Shown here one piece after another: positions 50,935-64,000 of a stretch of 64,000 bases of DNA. The position numbers and the translations under genes were made by a program. Positions within the stretch are counted from its first letter, which is position 1. The number at the start of each line of letters is the position of its first letter. The notes under the pieces were generated by a model that saw nothing but the letters and a program-made list of their open reading frames with translations, did not search any database and was not told the origin of the DNA. This stretch comes from Chlorokybus atmophyticus. Its lineage: Eukaryota > Plantae > Mesostigma and Chlorokybus algae. The stretch lies in NCBI GenBank assembly GCA_009103225.1, contig RHPI01000638.1, positions 310,001 through 374,000 of the forward strand, in the 5' to 3' direction.

Positions 50935-52735
50935 CAGGGCGGGCAAGGTGCCGGTGGGGTGTCCTGGGTGTAAAATCCCACCATGCCTACCAAGGGCACA
51001 GCCAATGACAACAGTAATTTGGGTAATATCTTACAGGGCTCCCCCTCAGAGTGGGCAAAGGCACACCACAATACCGCCTCTTAAAACATCCAACCCACTA
51101 GCAGCTGCGACTACGGCGACCTGATTAAAGGGACCAAACAAAACTGGCATAACCAAGGTGGGTTACAATGCACTGTCAATGTCACATGCTAGGGTTCTTT
51201 ATCTTGCACATGCACAGCCTCAAGAGTCTTGCACATGACATACACTGTCAATACAACATGCACACCCTCATGCATAGCCTCCAGTGTCATATACATGAAC
51301 GGCATGACCAATCTTGCAAATGCACAGCCTATTTTTACTTGCGGGAGCTCACAAATGGCAAAAGAGAAGCTGCGTAGTAGCACGAGTTATTCATGACCTA
51401 GATTAATGTTTGCAGCGGCAATTAAGCAGTATGCTTGCAGATTGCCATGTTGGTCAGGGAGAACCAAGCCTCTGAGAGCAGCGCGGCAGGCTGACTGTCT
51501 GCATGGCGGAGTGCGATAAAGCGGACGACAAGGTAAGCATGTGTATGCTGATGGGCTAGTCCTTTGGCAGCACGCCACTCTTACAGCATTACCAAATGCA
51601 GGTGGTCACACTGAAAGCGACCATCAAGCGCATGCACATGCATGGGGAGGTGCCGATATGCAAGCTGAAGGACGAAGTAGCGGCTGTATTGTCAGCAATC
51701 GAGGCAGCAAATCAAGATGACTCCAATATTGAAGCAGAAGACTTGTCGGAGGAGGAATAGGAGGAGGGGGTTGAGGAGGAGGTTTGAGGCAGGCAGCACG
51801 GGTTTACAAGCTGCGCATGAGTGTGTGCAACAGCTACACTCAATGTTGTAGGTAATTTAATGCGCAAGTTGGCTGCTCAATTGCAAGTGGTACTCTTACC
51901 ACTGCCGGTACGTTGTATGAATTGTGGGCTGATAGTTGCAAGACCAAAAAATATGTCCAAGATTTGTATAAGCTGCATGGCATGTTAGTGTTGGCTTATG
52001 GCACAAATTGTCAACCTTTGTCAAACGGTAAGGGTCATATATTAACAGCAAAGTAACGGCAAGGAAACCGCCGGCTATTGCTGTCAGCTGTCCGTAATTA
52101 CCGGCTAACGGCCGTCTGTGCACATCGATCAAAAGGTAGATGACTGACAACTCTCGTCCGGTCAGTGCCACTGACAACAATTTTCGGCCCGCGGTCGTCT
52201 GCGTCAGTCCACATAAACCAATGGCAAAACCAATAGTCAAAAAGAAACATTTCAAGCAGCGGCAGGCAGGCTCAGGCACCCTTCAGTGCCTCAGTCCTTG
52301 GTTAGTCACTGTGTAGAATTTGCCATATAGCAAAAATGCCTGAATCAGAGTAAGGAGCGCGCACTCTCGCCAACTTAAGTCTACACCAACCTACCCACAT
52401 ACACAATGGGTAACAGGTAGCAATGACAGCAACAACAATAACCACCCATGACCTGGCGAACGAGATTAAATACGTGCACGCGCAACAATTTTTCCAAATG
52501 CGCAACAGTGTGCGCACCTCTCGCAGAGGCAGGAGTACATTGTAATGAGAGACAGGGTGAAGGATGGGACGAGGCAGAGGAACATGGGGATGTGCTGAGG
52601 GCTAGAAGGAGAAGTGGAGGCAGAGGTAGGAGAAGGGTGTGAGGGAAAGGAGGCGGAGGTTGGGAGGCTGCGGGAGAAGTTTAACGCTCAGTCGGCCTCC
52701 AAGGCAAAGGCAGCGGCACCTGTAGAGCCAAGAGC

Positions 52736-52820
<85 letters not shown>

Positions 52821-53735
52821 NCTGATCCGCGATGCAACAATCTGCTCACGTTCGTCGTCGCCACTGCGGCTGCCGCCAAACACATGATGCCTAAGGTTGT
52901 GCTGTTCACGGGCGGGCGGCCTGGTTAGATAGGGTCGGCGCTGCTGCCACCGTTGCCAGGAATCTGGTGCTGGAGGCGGTGCTGGCCATGAACGGTGGGC
53001 ATGCGGACAACGTCGCCGGTGCCGCCGCCATCGCCAACTGCCAATTGCAACGCTGCAAGGCAGCCAAGGCATATGGCGCCGCTTTTAAGGTGCTACGCTT
53101 TTGAAATTATGACTTGGAACACCGTAATTACGTAATGCTATATCCAATGACATAAAGAAAACAACTTGCATCCAGCCGATATCTAGGAGGCATCTGCCAA
53201 AATATCGGCGTACAACAGCGCCATTAGGGTACCTGGTAATTTGGTCCGTTGTAGCGAAAAACACAGACCATGCTAGATGGGACTACATATGCCAGTCAAA
53301 TTACAGGTTTTTAACCAGACACCACTGCCTACCTGTATCTGGTCTCGCCTGACTCCAACAAATCATAACCAGACCATGGTAGACCCCACCAGATGCTAGG
53401 TGCTGGCCAGGTTTCCTGGTTAGCGTGATGCTTATGCGGTTGAACTGTTACTTGTTGGCCAATAATGTCAGCATGAGTTTGTCACGATGGATTTGCGTAA
53501 GTAGTAGTGTATCAAGTATTTTACTGGTGGCTTGACTAGTAACCGGGCTTGATTGGCTTGATTAACAATTGGGTGGCGGCGGCGTTTACGACGGCCATCA
53601 AGGGCGTTGTAAGCTTAGGTGAAGGGCGGCCTATAAGACGGCCCAACCAGCTGCCCAGCGGGGCTTGACTGACGCCATCACGCGCCATGCCCGTTGGAGC
53701 CACTCTTTGTGAAAGGACGGACGCTGCTCTAAATA

Positions 53736-54823
53736 TGTAACGCCACCCTAGGCTTGAGCACTTAGCTCTCACCTAAGAGGGTCATGCACTCTACTACTTC
53801 GTGCAAGCACTCACACATTTGTGCAAGCACTCTCACACCGTGCATACATTGTCACGCAAGCGCTAGCACCGTGCATACACTCACACATGCAAGTGTAAAC
53901 ACGTTCTCTAAGTGTACACACTCACGCACAAATGCTACACAGGGACACACGTCCACACCTTGAAGTTGAAGAGCTTTGGCCCCCCCTTTAACGGACGCTC
54001 ACCCGAACACCCCACGTAAAGTCCCACACGAGCAAGTACGCCAAGGCAAGGTAGGTAGGTAGGTACAAGTCTCCAATGCCTTGCCTACAAAGCGTGCTCA
54101 CCCCTAGTGCCTTATCTAGTTACTTAAGGGTAGTGGGTGTCTCCACCAATGGTGCCTTGTTCAGACCTTGGTGTAATCCAAGGCGGCCGACTATCTTGTA
54201 CTTGCCCTTAGTAGGCTCACACCAATTATCTTAACGGATATCTTACCCCAAGGCTCAGCCAATTATATTGTACGATAACATTGTGATATTGGCCATGCAG
54301 TCCCGTGGTCACAGTTTGTAGATGCCAGTCTCCGTGATATTGGTATGGCATCCTATATTACCATTATACTTCTGTGCGATACCCGCATCTGACTCTTCAG
54401 GCACTTTCTAGAAGTGCACATGTAATATCCGCATTGTTCTTCGATGTGGACATTCATTGCTACATTATCCGCATCCTTGTGCGTGATATTGGTGCTTGAC
54501 TTTTCTGATATTCTTTAGACATGAGTATCAACATACACAACTTGGATGTCCACATTCATGTGAAAGATATAAACATGTACGCCTTCTTGGATGTGTATTC
54601 ATGTGACAGGCACATTGATATTGTAGACATTGGTGGCTGAGTGGCCCTCATCAATGTCTGTCTCATGGACGCTTATATATAAGATGTAACATTTACAATG
54701 TAGACATTTGTGGCTGACTGTTCCACACTGATGTCTACCTTGTGGCAGCAAGCACACATGCTTGTTCATTGTCTATCTCACGTGCGTTCAAGCACTTAGA
54801 GCATAACTACTAGCCGTGTTACA
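53736..54823 (-). mobile_element. Complete chromovirus 3-prime LTR (~1.09 kb)
   Basis: TGTAAC...GTTACA ends, with the PPT (ctcctcccc on +) immediately adjacent at 54824. Confidence 0.78.
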
Positions 54824-55059
54824 CTCCTCCCCACCTACTTTGTGACGGTCTCCGACACATAAGTTTGAAAAACAACGAGATTGAAGGTGGCAAACCTCCA
54901 TGGTTGCCTCTCGCGAGTGCACTCGTGCTTGGTAGGTTTGGCTTGGGGCTGCACACATCTTGTGCACATTCAGAAGGGCATTATAGCTACACAAAGGGTA
55001 GCTAGGCTTGGGTTGGGTCATTGTGAGTTGCAAGGAATTCTTGCATCAACTCTTGGCAA

Positions 55060-55310
55060 TTTGCCAAGTCCTTTTCTAAGACCCGTAAGTTGTGTTCTAC
55101 ACCATAGCCCTTCCATTATACGAGATACTCGGGAGAACAATTTCTTCCTCAAGGACGGCGTGCCAATATTGCCTCTACCTCGTACTCCCAATCATTATCT
55201 ACCAACTCGGGCGGAGGTGGGGGTTGAACTCTACCATCACTCTTGTACTCCCTTAGCAACAATACATGGAACACGTCAACAACACACATTCATTTACCCA
55301 TGCACTTAAA
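55060..55310 (-). pseudogene. Chromoviral chromodomain remnant (orthologue of 13290-13525), more decayed
   Basis: Reverse complement of 13290-13530 with additional indels. Confidence 0.75.
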
Positions 55311-56557
55311 GAAGAACACGGGGGGGGGGGGGGGGGGGNNNNNNNNNNNNNNNNNNNNNNNNNNNNNNNNNNNNNNNNNNNNNNNNNNNNNNNNNNGGGG
55401 GGGGGGGGGGGGGCTACGTGCTCGCCGTATTCACGCTAACATTACACAACTGACAAACTTCGCTGGGATGATCCCTCAGCGGCTGGACATGCATGCACGC
55501 ATGGTTAGCGGATTACCTACACAGCAATCGGCGGGTTAGTCAGCCGCATGCCTGCCCAAAGGTCCTCAAGCACATGCATGGCGCTGACTCCCCGCCCTCC
55601 GCCTCCCAACCACCGCTACCGCCGCACCAGTGCTGGCTAGCTTTGGTGATTAACAACCAACAGCCACACATCGCATGCAATGCAATGCATGTAGCAATTG
55701 CCTTCAGCTCTATAGAGGAGACGCAGCTTGCTTGCATCACGATTGCACTGCAACCTGAGGACTGTAGCTATGGTGGCTGCATACGCAAGTCCATGTTGTG
55801 TGCACAATGCCAATGCAACGCAGTGGTTTAGCTCGCTGTGTTGCAGCTAATGCGTGTACAAAGTATGCAATGGTGTGTGTGTGCGAAGGTGTGTCGTGGG
55901 CTGACCGGCTACCTGACAGTGTGCTGACCCGCATTTTGTAAATGTGGTTGTTATGCAGTGACCGCTCAAGCAGTGTCATGCATGCCCAACAGGACGGGCA
56001 TCCTGACGACGCATCTTGACCTCAATGTACGCATACGCTATTTATTAAGTACATGCTCCCGGTCAAGCACTCTATACGCACACCAGCAATGTGTGCGTTT
56101 GTTTGCTCAGTTGTCAGCTAGGTAAACAACAAGTGCACGCGCAGTTAGGAGATTAGCAACAGCTATATCGAGGCAGCGCTGCAAACATGTCTGAGAACGT
56201 CAGCATTTGCAAACAGAATGCACAGAATGTTCATGAAGTTGTGGGCGCACATCATGACGTTGGCATACCGTACTGTCTACTACTAAGCACGCTCAGCAAT
56301 AAACAGTGCTGCACAGCCGAGTGGAAGCGACACACCATACAACAAGCATACGCATTGGCAATGTATCTCGAAAAGTCGAAAGAAAATGGAAGCACAAGCA
56401 GACATGCAAAGATGAAGAGGAGGGAGTAGTAATATATGTGACAGTGAAGACTGACAACAACGATATGCACGCATCATGCGTACCTAGCATGATGCGTAAT
56501 AACTTCTTGAGGCCCGGAACAGGAACTAACTGTTGACAGTTTCTTTGTAATGCTTCG

Positions 56558-58130
56558 TCAAGAAAGAAACAGGATGACTGCCTTAAGCAGGCCGTAGCAC
56601 ACAATGGCTAGCAGGAACAGCACGTACGACATCATGGCAATGAAGACCTTCAGATGACGATTGCCATCAACCACATGCGTCTGGGCGGGGAGTTGCAGAC
56701 AGCTGTCAGGTCGTCAAAGCTGTCAAGGGTGTTGAACGGCGTAAGAAAGAACCCGTTGGTGCCGACCATGATGTCGAAGAGCCTGTTGAAACCGGTGATG
56801 CCCTTCAGCACTTGCAGGGTCCACATCCTGCTGCATGTGTCCAAGTCGTAGTACCTCTTGACACCGCCCACGCTCGCAAAGAGTCTGCCCTCCTCCTGCG
56901 CAACACACAGCAGAAGCACACAATGAGGTTACTGCTCTCCATGGTACACGCGCCTTTGCACAGGCTGATGATTGCACACATGTGTTGGCAGTTCCACCCA
57001 ATACATGCGACATGCATGCTCTAAGTATGTGTACTCCTTCCCGTTGCTCACCGAGTACTCCACTCGTTGCGTGCACAGTAGCGTGCAATGTAGATCGCAC
57101 CAAATACGTATGCGGCCGCATACGAGCGCGTAGAGTCTTCCGCATACACAACACTCTGTGCATCGCATAAGTTGTTCAGCCTGTACACGTGCATGTACAC
57201 GCGGAACAGCCGCACTACCCCCGCAGCTACTGCAACGACTTCGTCTGCTAGATCATCCGCCAAGACCCGTGTGTTTTCGTTGTAGTCCCACCCAAACAGT
57301 AGCGCCCGTGCTCCATGCTTGAACTGGTAGCTTTTGCACTTCTCCTCCTCTTTGACCAGCTGCAAAGCTCGCTTTATAGCTAATAAGGCTGGCTGCGCTA
57401 ATGTTGTTGGCCTGGTGCGCAGTAGCGGATGGTTTCCAACAGCTGTACGGGAACTGATGGGCCAAGCTTGCACTCCACCAGCAGTGCTGTGCATTTAACT
57501 CCGGTAGCAGCCAGAAGTGCTCGCTCACCTGTGTGTCACACACATAGTTTGTGGGTGAGTATGTGATTTGTGCAGTTGCAAATCATGTCTTGAAGAAGGG
57601 TGCGTTCATACATGCATGATGCACTATATGGCATGTACGTGGGCATGTGCACGTGCTTCGTATATGATTGTCAACGGCGATGACTCGTCACGAAGATAAC
57701 AATGCAACACACTTGCCTGCTGCTGGTTTACATTCAACCGAAGTTCGTCTGCTGGTTGCTTGAGCGCATTGTTCAAAGCTCCAGCATCCTCTCCAATCAC
57801 ACCTGCTAAAGGAAGCATAATCAACTGATAGTCATGTGTTATCAGACCAGATCACTGTGCATCGGCCTGACACCTGCAGAGAGCGGTTGCAGCTCCTGGT
57901 TTACTGTGTTCGAAGCTGCTGACTCCTTCCCAGACGCGCCTGCTGAAGGAAGCACATTCAACCATTAACCATGCGTTTACTACTAGTAGACCAGAACATT
58001 GTTCGTCCTCATAGCTGCGCTTGCGGCGCAGAGTGGTTGCAGCTCCTCATGAAGCGGCTTCATTTTGCGGGTTAGCGTGCAGCGTTCGATTGTTCTCTTG
58101 TAGCTCTCTGTGGGGACTTGCGCACAGCAC
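56558..58130 (-). pseudogene. Unknown family copy 5 (paralogue of copy 2); shared frameshift plus new ones
   Basis: Same 8-nt gap after FWLLP as copy 2, with extra deletions near 57375, 57412 and 56652. Confidence 0.78.
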
Positions 58131-60406
58131 CTGCACGGTACAGAGTTGTATGTCATTGTGAGTGCGGGAGTGCATGCGTGTGCGTTCGTTCACATCTGTG
58201 CCCATATGCATGTAGCCCGAACAAGCAGTGGACCCTGCAGCGGAATGTAAAGAAGCATGCGCGTCGCAAGAAGACGCGAACCCGTTTTCAAGCTGGGCGC
58301 AGTCTTAGCAACAGACCACTGCGCTAATGGTATGGGACCTTGCGCAATAGCAGTAAAGTGCCCATACCACGACACGCTAGATGACAGCAGGCTGGACACC
58401 ACTCGCGCAACACTCAACATGCACACTGCCATACCATGAAAGCTTCTGCTTGTAGCAACATACCTCTCAGAGGGCCTGGCCTAACTCGAATACTTGGCAC
58501 AATAGCAGCAGTGGCATGCGCGCTTGAACTTGCAGCCGCACTGTCGTAGGCAAACAGAGTCAGTGTGCCTCCTCCGCTGCTCAGCAAAGGCAAACACTGT
58601 CAGTCAAACTCCGAGTGGGCTGACTACATCTTGGAAACGACTACCAGAGGATATAAACAGCCGCGCAAACAGCCATAGAAGCACACACACGGCTCGCACG
58701 CTCAACAAACAAGCCAGCCATATCCGCAACAGCCGGGCAACCGCAAGCAGCAACCAGTTGGTTGGTTGGTTGCAACCTACCAGCAAAGTGAGCTTGCAGC
58801 TGAGGCGCCTTGCAGCAGGAGGGGCCTTGCAGGAGGGGGCCACCGCTCAGCTAGGCTCCCCCACAAAGCTCAGATCTCTCAGGCACGTTGCCGCTGAAGC
58901 GCCTCCTTGTCCTCCACCTTCCGCCGCCCCGGCCCTAAGCTTACACTACATACTACTGTACACTACTACTGCTGGGCCTTCCCACCCTGTGTCCAGAGAC
59001 CATCGTCGATTTCTTTATCAAGGCGTTGAGATCGACACATGGACACAATACTGCGCCCCGTTGCGCCCGTCTGCCAGAGAACTTCTGGCGTCGGGATATC
59101 CACGCCAGTGCATATCCCGCCCTTCTGTGCCTATCCCCCAGAGCATCTCTCTCTCTCTCACAGGCCCTCCGAGCTAATCAGCTCGGCTCACAGGGCCTCG
59201 CGCACATCGGGTTATGAACTTCATAACAAATCTCAAACTGACAATGGGCCTCTCTCGTAAGCTTTCTTTCATCAAGAAAGAAGCTCATGAGAACCAATCA
59301 GCTCCATGGCAGTGAATCAGCTCAGCTCAGGGAGTTGCTGATTGAGTTGCTGCTGCTGATGGGACGTGGCGGCGTTGGTGGCGTTGTTGTTGTTGCTGTG
59401 GGGCTTGGCCGTGGTGGGCCTTACGGGCTAGCGCACGGAGGCGGAGCTGCTACCGGTGGCCTGGTGTGGATCCCTTCGCTGGGCGCCGGGGACCTTTTAC
59501 AGGTGCGATGCGCATGCTGCTATTTCCAGCAGACACGCTGTGTGCAATGTACTTTGATTGCAGCCGTCGTTGCCTTACATGGCTGTTGGGTCAAGCCTCT
59601 GAGCTGTTCAAGAGTAAAACACATTGGTTGATGAGCATGAGCAGCAGCTGCACGGCAAGCATGCGTCGGCTGGCCCACGTAGCTGCAAGCTCACCAGGTG
59701 GGCGGCGTGGTCGGCGTGTAGCAAAAGCTAGCTTGCGGTCGCTGGCCATTTGCTCGTCACGAGCAGCGCATCAAGCATTTATGGGACACTTGAAGCAGAT
59801 CGCACACATGCAATCCTCGGTAGAATTGCTTGTGTGTGACCAGCGCTGCTGTTTCAGCGAATTTGGGGGTAATCATGCACATTCTTTTGCTGGCTTCTGC
59901 GTGTTAACGACATACCTTGTTAACCAACTGCATGTCAGACTTAGCACGCATATGCCACAGCTGCAGCTCGTCGCAGCTGTGTCCTCCATACGTATAATAT
60001 GAGTTACCGAAACAAGTAATGCATTTCAGCATGACTATTCATACCATGATTGTTTGCACCATGACTTTGTGTAGCTTGCACCTTTTTAGAACTGCGTAGG
60101 TTGAAGACTTGGGCCAGGCGGAGAGGCGTACTGTCTGGCAGCTACAGGACACCCCAGGGGTATTCAATTTTCTTTTTCGTTTCTTTTTTTGCACGCACAA
60201 GGGGATTTCTATCTAAATTGCTAGTCTCCACGTGCTCAGCCAGCACATCCGCCGGCAGATGTGCTGGGGTAGCAATCCTGGACCGTGTATACCAAAGGCG
60301 ATCGCTCATTAGCCTACATCACGATGGCAAATCCAGTGACAGTATGCAGTGAGTTCCATTTTCCGAGCTTCTGTGTGTGCATGTGCGGGCTTCAATGCAG
60401 GCTCTG

Positions 60407-60445
<39 letters not shown>

Positions 60446-60790
60446 CTGCATGCTTTTGCGCATGCACACGCGTTGGTATATTGGTATATTTGTACGCGTG
60501 TACAAGTGTGTACAGCTGTGTGCGCAGCCGCATACGTGCTTGTGTTGAACTGTTTTGGGCAGGAGCTCCCGTGCCGGCGTGCACTGCCAGTCTGCTTGTC
60601 AGGGAGTCACGGTGCCACCAGTGGTCCACGCCCATTAGACCCGGTACATGCTTCGTTATTGCAGCGCTTGCTTGTTGTATACACCAATGCTTAAGGCTGC
60701 TGCATGCTGCACTATATGCACGACACGCACTCGCAAATCACTATGACGGACATGCACGCCCACACCCAAACACAAGCCTCTGTGGTGCAG

Positions 60791-62123
60791 GCATCGTGAA
60801 GTCCGCACAGAGGGCTTTTCGAGTGAGCCGCCTGCACGCAAACTGCAAACAAAAGAGGGCTGCACTGCAACCGCTCTGCACAAGCGCAGAAGGTACGCAA
60901 CTGCTGCTTGATTGAATGAATGCGCTATGCGTTCAGCAAGTGCTTCTGTAGCAGGCGCTTTTCTAGACAGCTCTGCAGCTTCCAACGACTATGCACTTGA
61001 GCCTGCACACGAACAGCAGGCAAGTGTGTGTTGTTGTGTGGACTTATGTTCGCTAGTGTCTATGTTGGAAACCAGGCGCAGGCACATGCATGCAACACAG
61101 TACTCCTGCAAGCTTGCATGAGCTCACTGCCCGTTTAGCCTTGCACACGGATAAATAAAACTTCTTCCAACAACATAATTGCTTGCCTAAGCATACAGGT
61201 GAGCGAGCACTTCTGGCTGCTACCAGGATGCGTTTGCACGGCAATGCTGGTCGCTTGCAAGCTTGGCCCACCAGTGTCCATAGAGCTTATGGAAGTCACC
61301 CGCAACTGCGCACCAGAGGCAAATGACAGCAGCGCAGCCAGTGCCATAGGCTTCGCAAAGCAAGCATTGGAGATGGTCAAACAGGAAGAAAACTCCAGAG
61401 ATTACTGGTCCAAGCATGGTGCACGGGCACTGTTGTTGCGGTGGAATGGCACAGGCGAGGCGGCGCAATGTCTGTCGAATGAAGACGTTTCCTTGGCGGC
61501 GGGGGTAGCGCGACTGTTCCATGTGCACATGCGCGTGTACCAGCTGATCAAGTTTGGCGAAGCAAAGAGTGTTGTGTTTGCGGGAGACTCCGCGCGCGCG
61601 CATGCAGCCGCATACGTACTTGGTGTAACTTACATTGCACAGTACAACGCATGGAGAGAGTGGCGAAACCAGGTGAGCAACGCAAGGAGTTTACACATGT
61701 GCACTATCAGCCTGTGCAACCGCATGTGTACCAGGGAGTATAACCACGTTTCGTGTGCGTTTGCTGCTATCTGTGCAGAAAGAGAGCAGCAGCGTGGTGG
61801 GTGTCGGTGACGTCAAGTTGCACTCCGACCTAGACACATGCATGAGACACTGGGCTATTACCGTGCTGAAGGGCATCGGCGCACCTGACACCCTCCTACG
61901 CAACATTGACGGAAAGGGCACTCACAACTTCTGGTGGACACCATTTAACACCCTTGAAACCTACCACGACTTGGAAGCCGTTTGCAACAATCCACCAAGA
62001 TTTAAATGGTTGGTGGAAAACGTCATCAAGGTAGCTCTGGTTGGCCTTGCGTGTCTTCTGTTCCTGTGGCTGTTTCCTGGACGTCGGCGATTTGTCAGAT
62101 TCATCATGAAGTGGCTCCGTTGA
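60791..62123 (+). CDS. Unknown family copy 6; exons 60791-60892, 60955-61019, 61199-61672, 61779-62123 all open; tail-anchor-like C-terminus
   Basis: Phase-consistent exons (102/65/474/345 nt) with a GC donor at 61020. The protein ends VIKVALVGLACLLFLWLFPGRRRFVRFIMKWLR. Upstream exons (~60295-60640) are tentative. Confidence 0.78.
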
Positions 62124-62778
62124 AGCAGCGCAGTGGTCTAGCCAAAGGGCTTTCTTGTTTCGGACTTGCGTGTAAGCAGAGAGGTACGCTTGTTTGAACT
62201 GGAACCCATGTAGCAGCTTGTGATGAGCTGTAAGGTGGACCATGGACGTCATGTATGTGAGCGTGGTGTTTTTGTAGCTAGAACAGCCTGCTACCGGTAG
62301 TGATTCCTCGCGCGCGCCCGCACACATACACCTCACGGCTGTCAGAAGGTCCTGAATGCGACCAGAATAATGTCATGGCTCTTGCTACTGGGCAATAACC
62401 GAGTCTTGCCTGCGTACATGACAAGCTTTGATGGGCAATAGAACGATTGTAGTCACTGCTGACGCGGTGTTGCAAATCGTGCGCGCGAGTAGCCAGGTGA
62501 TGCAATAGTGCAAATTGGGATGAGTGTGCGTATTGGCCCATATGCATGTACAATGTGTTTCAACCATCTTACATGTGTTCACCAGCATTTCAACCTTTTC
62601 TATACAGCTCAGCACACGCAGCAACATGCAGCATGCATCCGGTACAGTATTTGCAAGCCTCTGAGAGGTATCAGCATCACAACGTGTGACAATGAGAAGC
62701 CTTCACTACAAACGGTGGGTATATGTGTTTATGTCTTACACAATCCCTGCATCCTATGTTATACAAGTGGCAACCCGT

Positions 62779-62780
<2 letters not shown>

Positions 62781-62830
<50 letters not shown>
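62781..62830. repeat. (GA)n microsatellite at the end of unit 2, running into a gap
   Basis: Direct reading. Confidence 0.95.
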
Positions 62831-63435
62831 NNNNNNNNNNNNNNNNNNNNNNNNNNNNNNNNNNNNNNNNNNNNNNNNNNNNNNNNNNNNNNNNNNNNNN
62901 NNNNNNNNNNNNNNNNNNNNNNNNNNNNNNNNNNNNNNNNNNNNNNNNNNNNNNNNNNNNNNNNNNNNNNNNNNNNNNNNNNNNNNNNNNNNNNNNNNNN
63001 NNNNNNNNNNNNNNNNNNNNNNNNNNNNNNNNNNNNNNNNNNNNNNNNNNNNNNNNNNNNNNNNNNNNNNNNNNNNNNNNNNNNNNNNNNNNNNNNNNNN
63101 NNNNNNNNNNNNNNNNNNNNNNNNNNNNNNNNNNNNNNNNNNNNNNNNNNNNNNNNNNNNNNNNNNNNNNNNNNNNNNNNNNNNNNNNNNNNNNNNNNNN
63201 NNNNNNNNNNNNNNNNNNNNNNNNNNNNNNNNNNNNNNNNNNNNNNNNNNNNNNNNNNNNNNNNNNNNNNNNNNNNNNNNNNNNNNNNNNNNNNNNNNNN
63301 NNNNNNNNNNNNNNNNNNNNNNNNNNNNNNNNNNNNNNNNNNNNNNNNNNNNNNNNNNNNNNNNNNNNNNNNNNNNNNNNNNNNNNNNNNNNNNNNNNNN
63401 NNNNNNNNNNNNNNNNNNNNNNNNNNNNNNNNNNN
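62831..63435. other. Assembly gap (N run); smaller gaps at ~33127-33147 and ~55339-55396
   Basis: N characters, flanked by homopolymer or microsatellite tracts. Confidence 0.99.
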
Positions 63436-64000
63436 NGGGGGGGGCTGCAGTTGCATCGCATGTGCGCGCATACATGCACATGCACACACATGCGCACGTG
63501 TGCTTCCCTGCCTTACCTTAGATGTCACGTTCACTGAGCGTCCGCATGCCATATAATATCATCTGAACTGAAAAACTCTCACTGCGTTCACAGTCAAGAT
63601 CTGCAAGTATTCCGCACCGCGTACGCTGGTTGTTTGTGCTCACTCGTCACAGTGTTCTTGTTGTGCAGACATGATGGTGCTACCGAGTGGCGTTGACGTG
63701 CATGCACACAAGCCACCAATTAGTTGAGTAAGGTCACATGTTGCAAGGGATGCCTCAGTCTGTTGCCTGGTCCAGTGAGTGTTCAGCGCAATGCTCATGG
63801 CGGGGAACATGAACTCACGCTGTGTTAGGCAAGCATCTTTACGCCGGCACACTAGATGCCAGCCTGCTGAGCAGGCTGACACCGTCTGTTCATTATGCAC
63901 GCTGCCATGTCAGCTTGCAGCAACACACCTCCTTTTTAACTTGAACGAGTTGACTGTTCACAATGAGCGGCAGCCATGGCATGGTAAGTGCTTAAGCTTG

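Larger units (their letters stand above)
35506..52327. mobile_element. 16.8-kb Plavaka/CACTA-related DNA transposon with multiple cargo genes and a nested hAT
   Basis: The empty site in unit 1 reads aacTAgcaagg (9538-9545). Here TA lies at 35504-35505 and 52328-52329, the ends TGTCGCAAAAT / AATTTGCCATA match 8/11 as inverted repeats, and a subterminal tandem array and an internal transposase are present. Confidence 0.78.

Noticed and set aside
51590-51790. SAP-like peptide VVTLKATIKRMHMHGEVPICKLKDEV with an acidic tail
   Set aside because: The resemblance is too weak; it may be part of an unassignable decayed cargo gene.

Overview
Repeat-rich eukaryotic locus. Short GT-AG and GC-AG introns and (GA)n tracts suggest a green alga or plant-lineage host, which is inference only. 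There are no rRNA, tRNA or CRISPR features. The backbone is a tandem duplication of a ~20-kb unit (unit 1 ~645-20436; unit 2 ~20437-62780), joined at a (GA)n microsatellite. Each unit holds three paralogues (-,-,+) of an unrecognised intron-containing gene with a hydrophobic C-terminal tail; copies 1, 4 and 6 have open core exons, and copies 2, 3 and 5 are frameshifted. Unit 2 has doubled in size through nested insertions: a gag/protease LTR-type element (21244-24682); a possible solo LTR containing a CACTA-like non-autonomous element (30119-35178) that carries a decayed macrodomain fragment; and a 16.8-kb TA-flanked element (35506-52327). The 16.8-kb element encodes a decayed Plavaka-like (CACTA-related) transposase plus cargo: a Tudor domain joined to a phage/actinobacterial-type C5 cytosine methyltransferase, an OTU-like protease remnant and unassigned genes. 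It is itself interrupted by an apparently intact hAT transposon (47471-50683). Comparing the duplicates also shows a 2-kb inversion and several new hairpins that look like template-switch products. All family assignments come from motif recognition by eye, with no database search.
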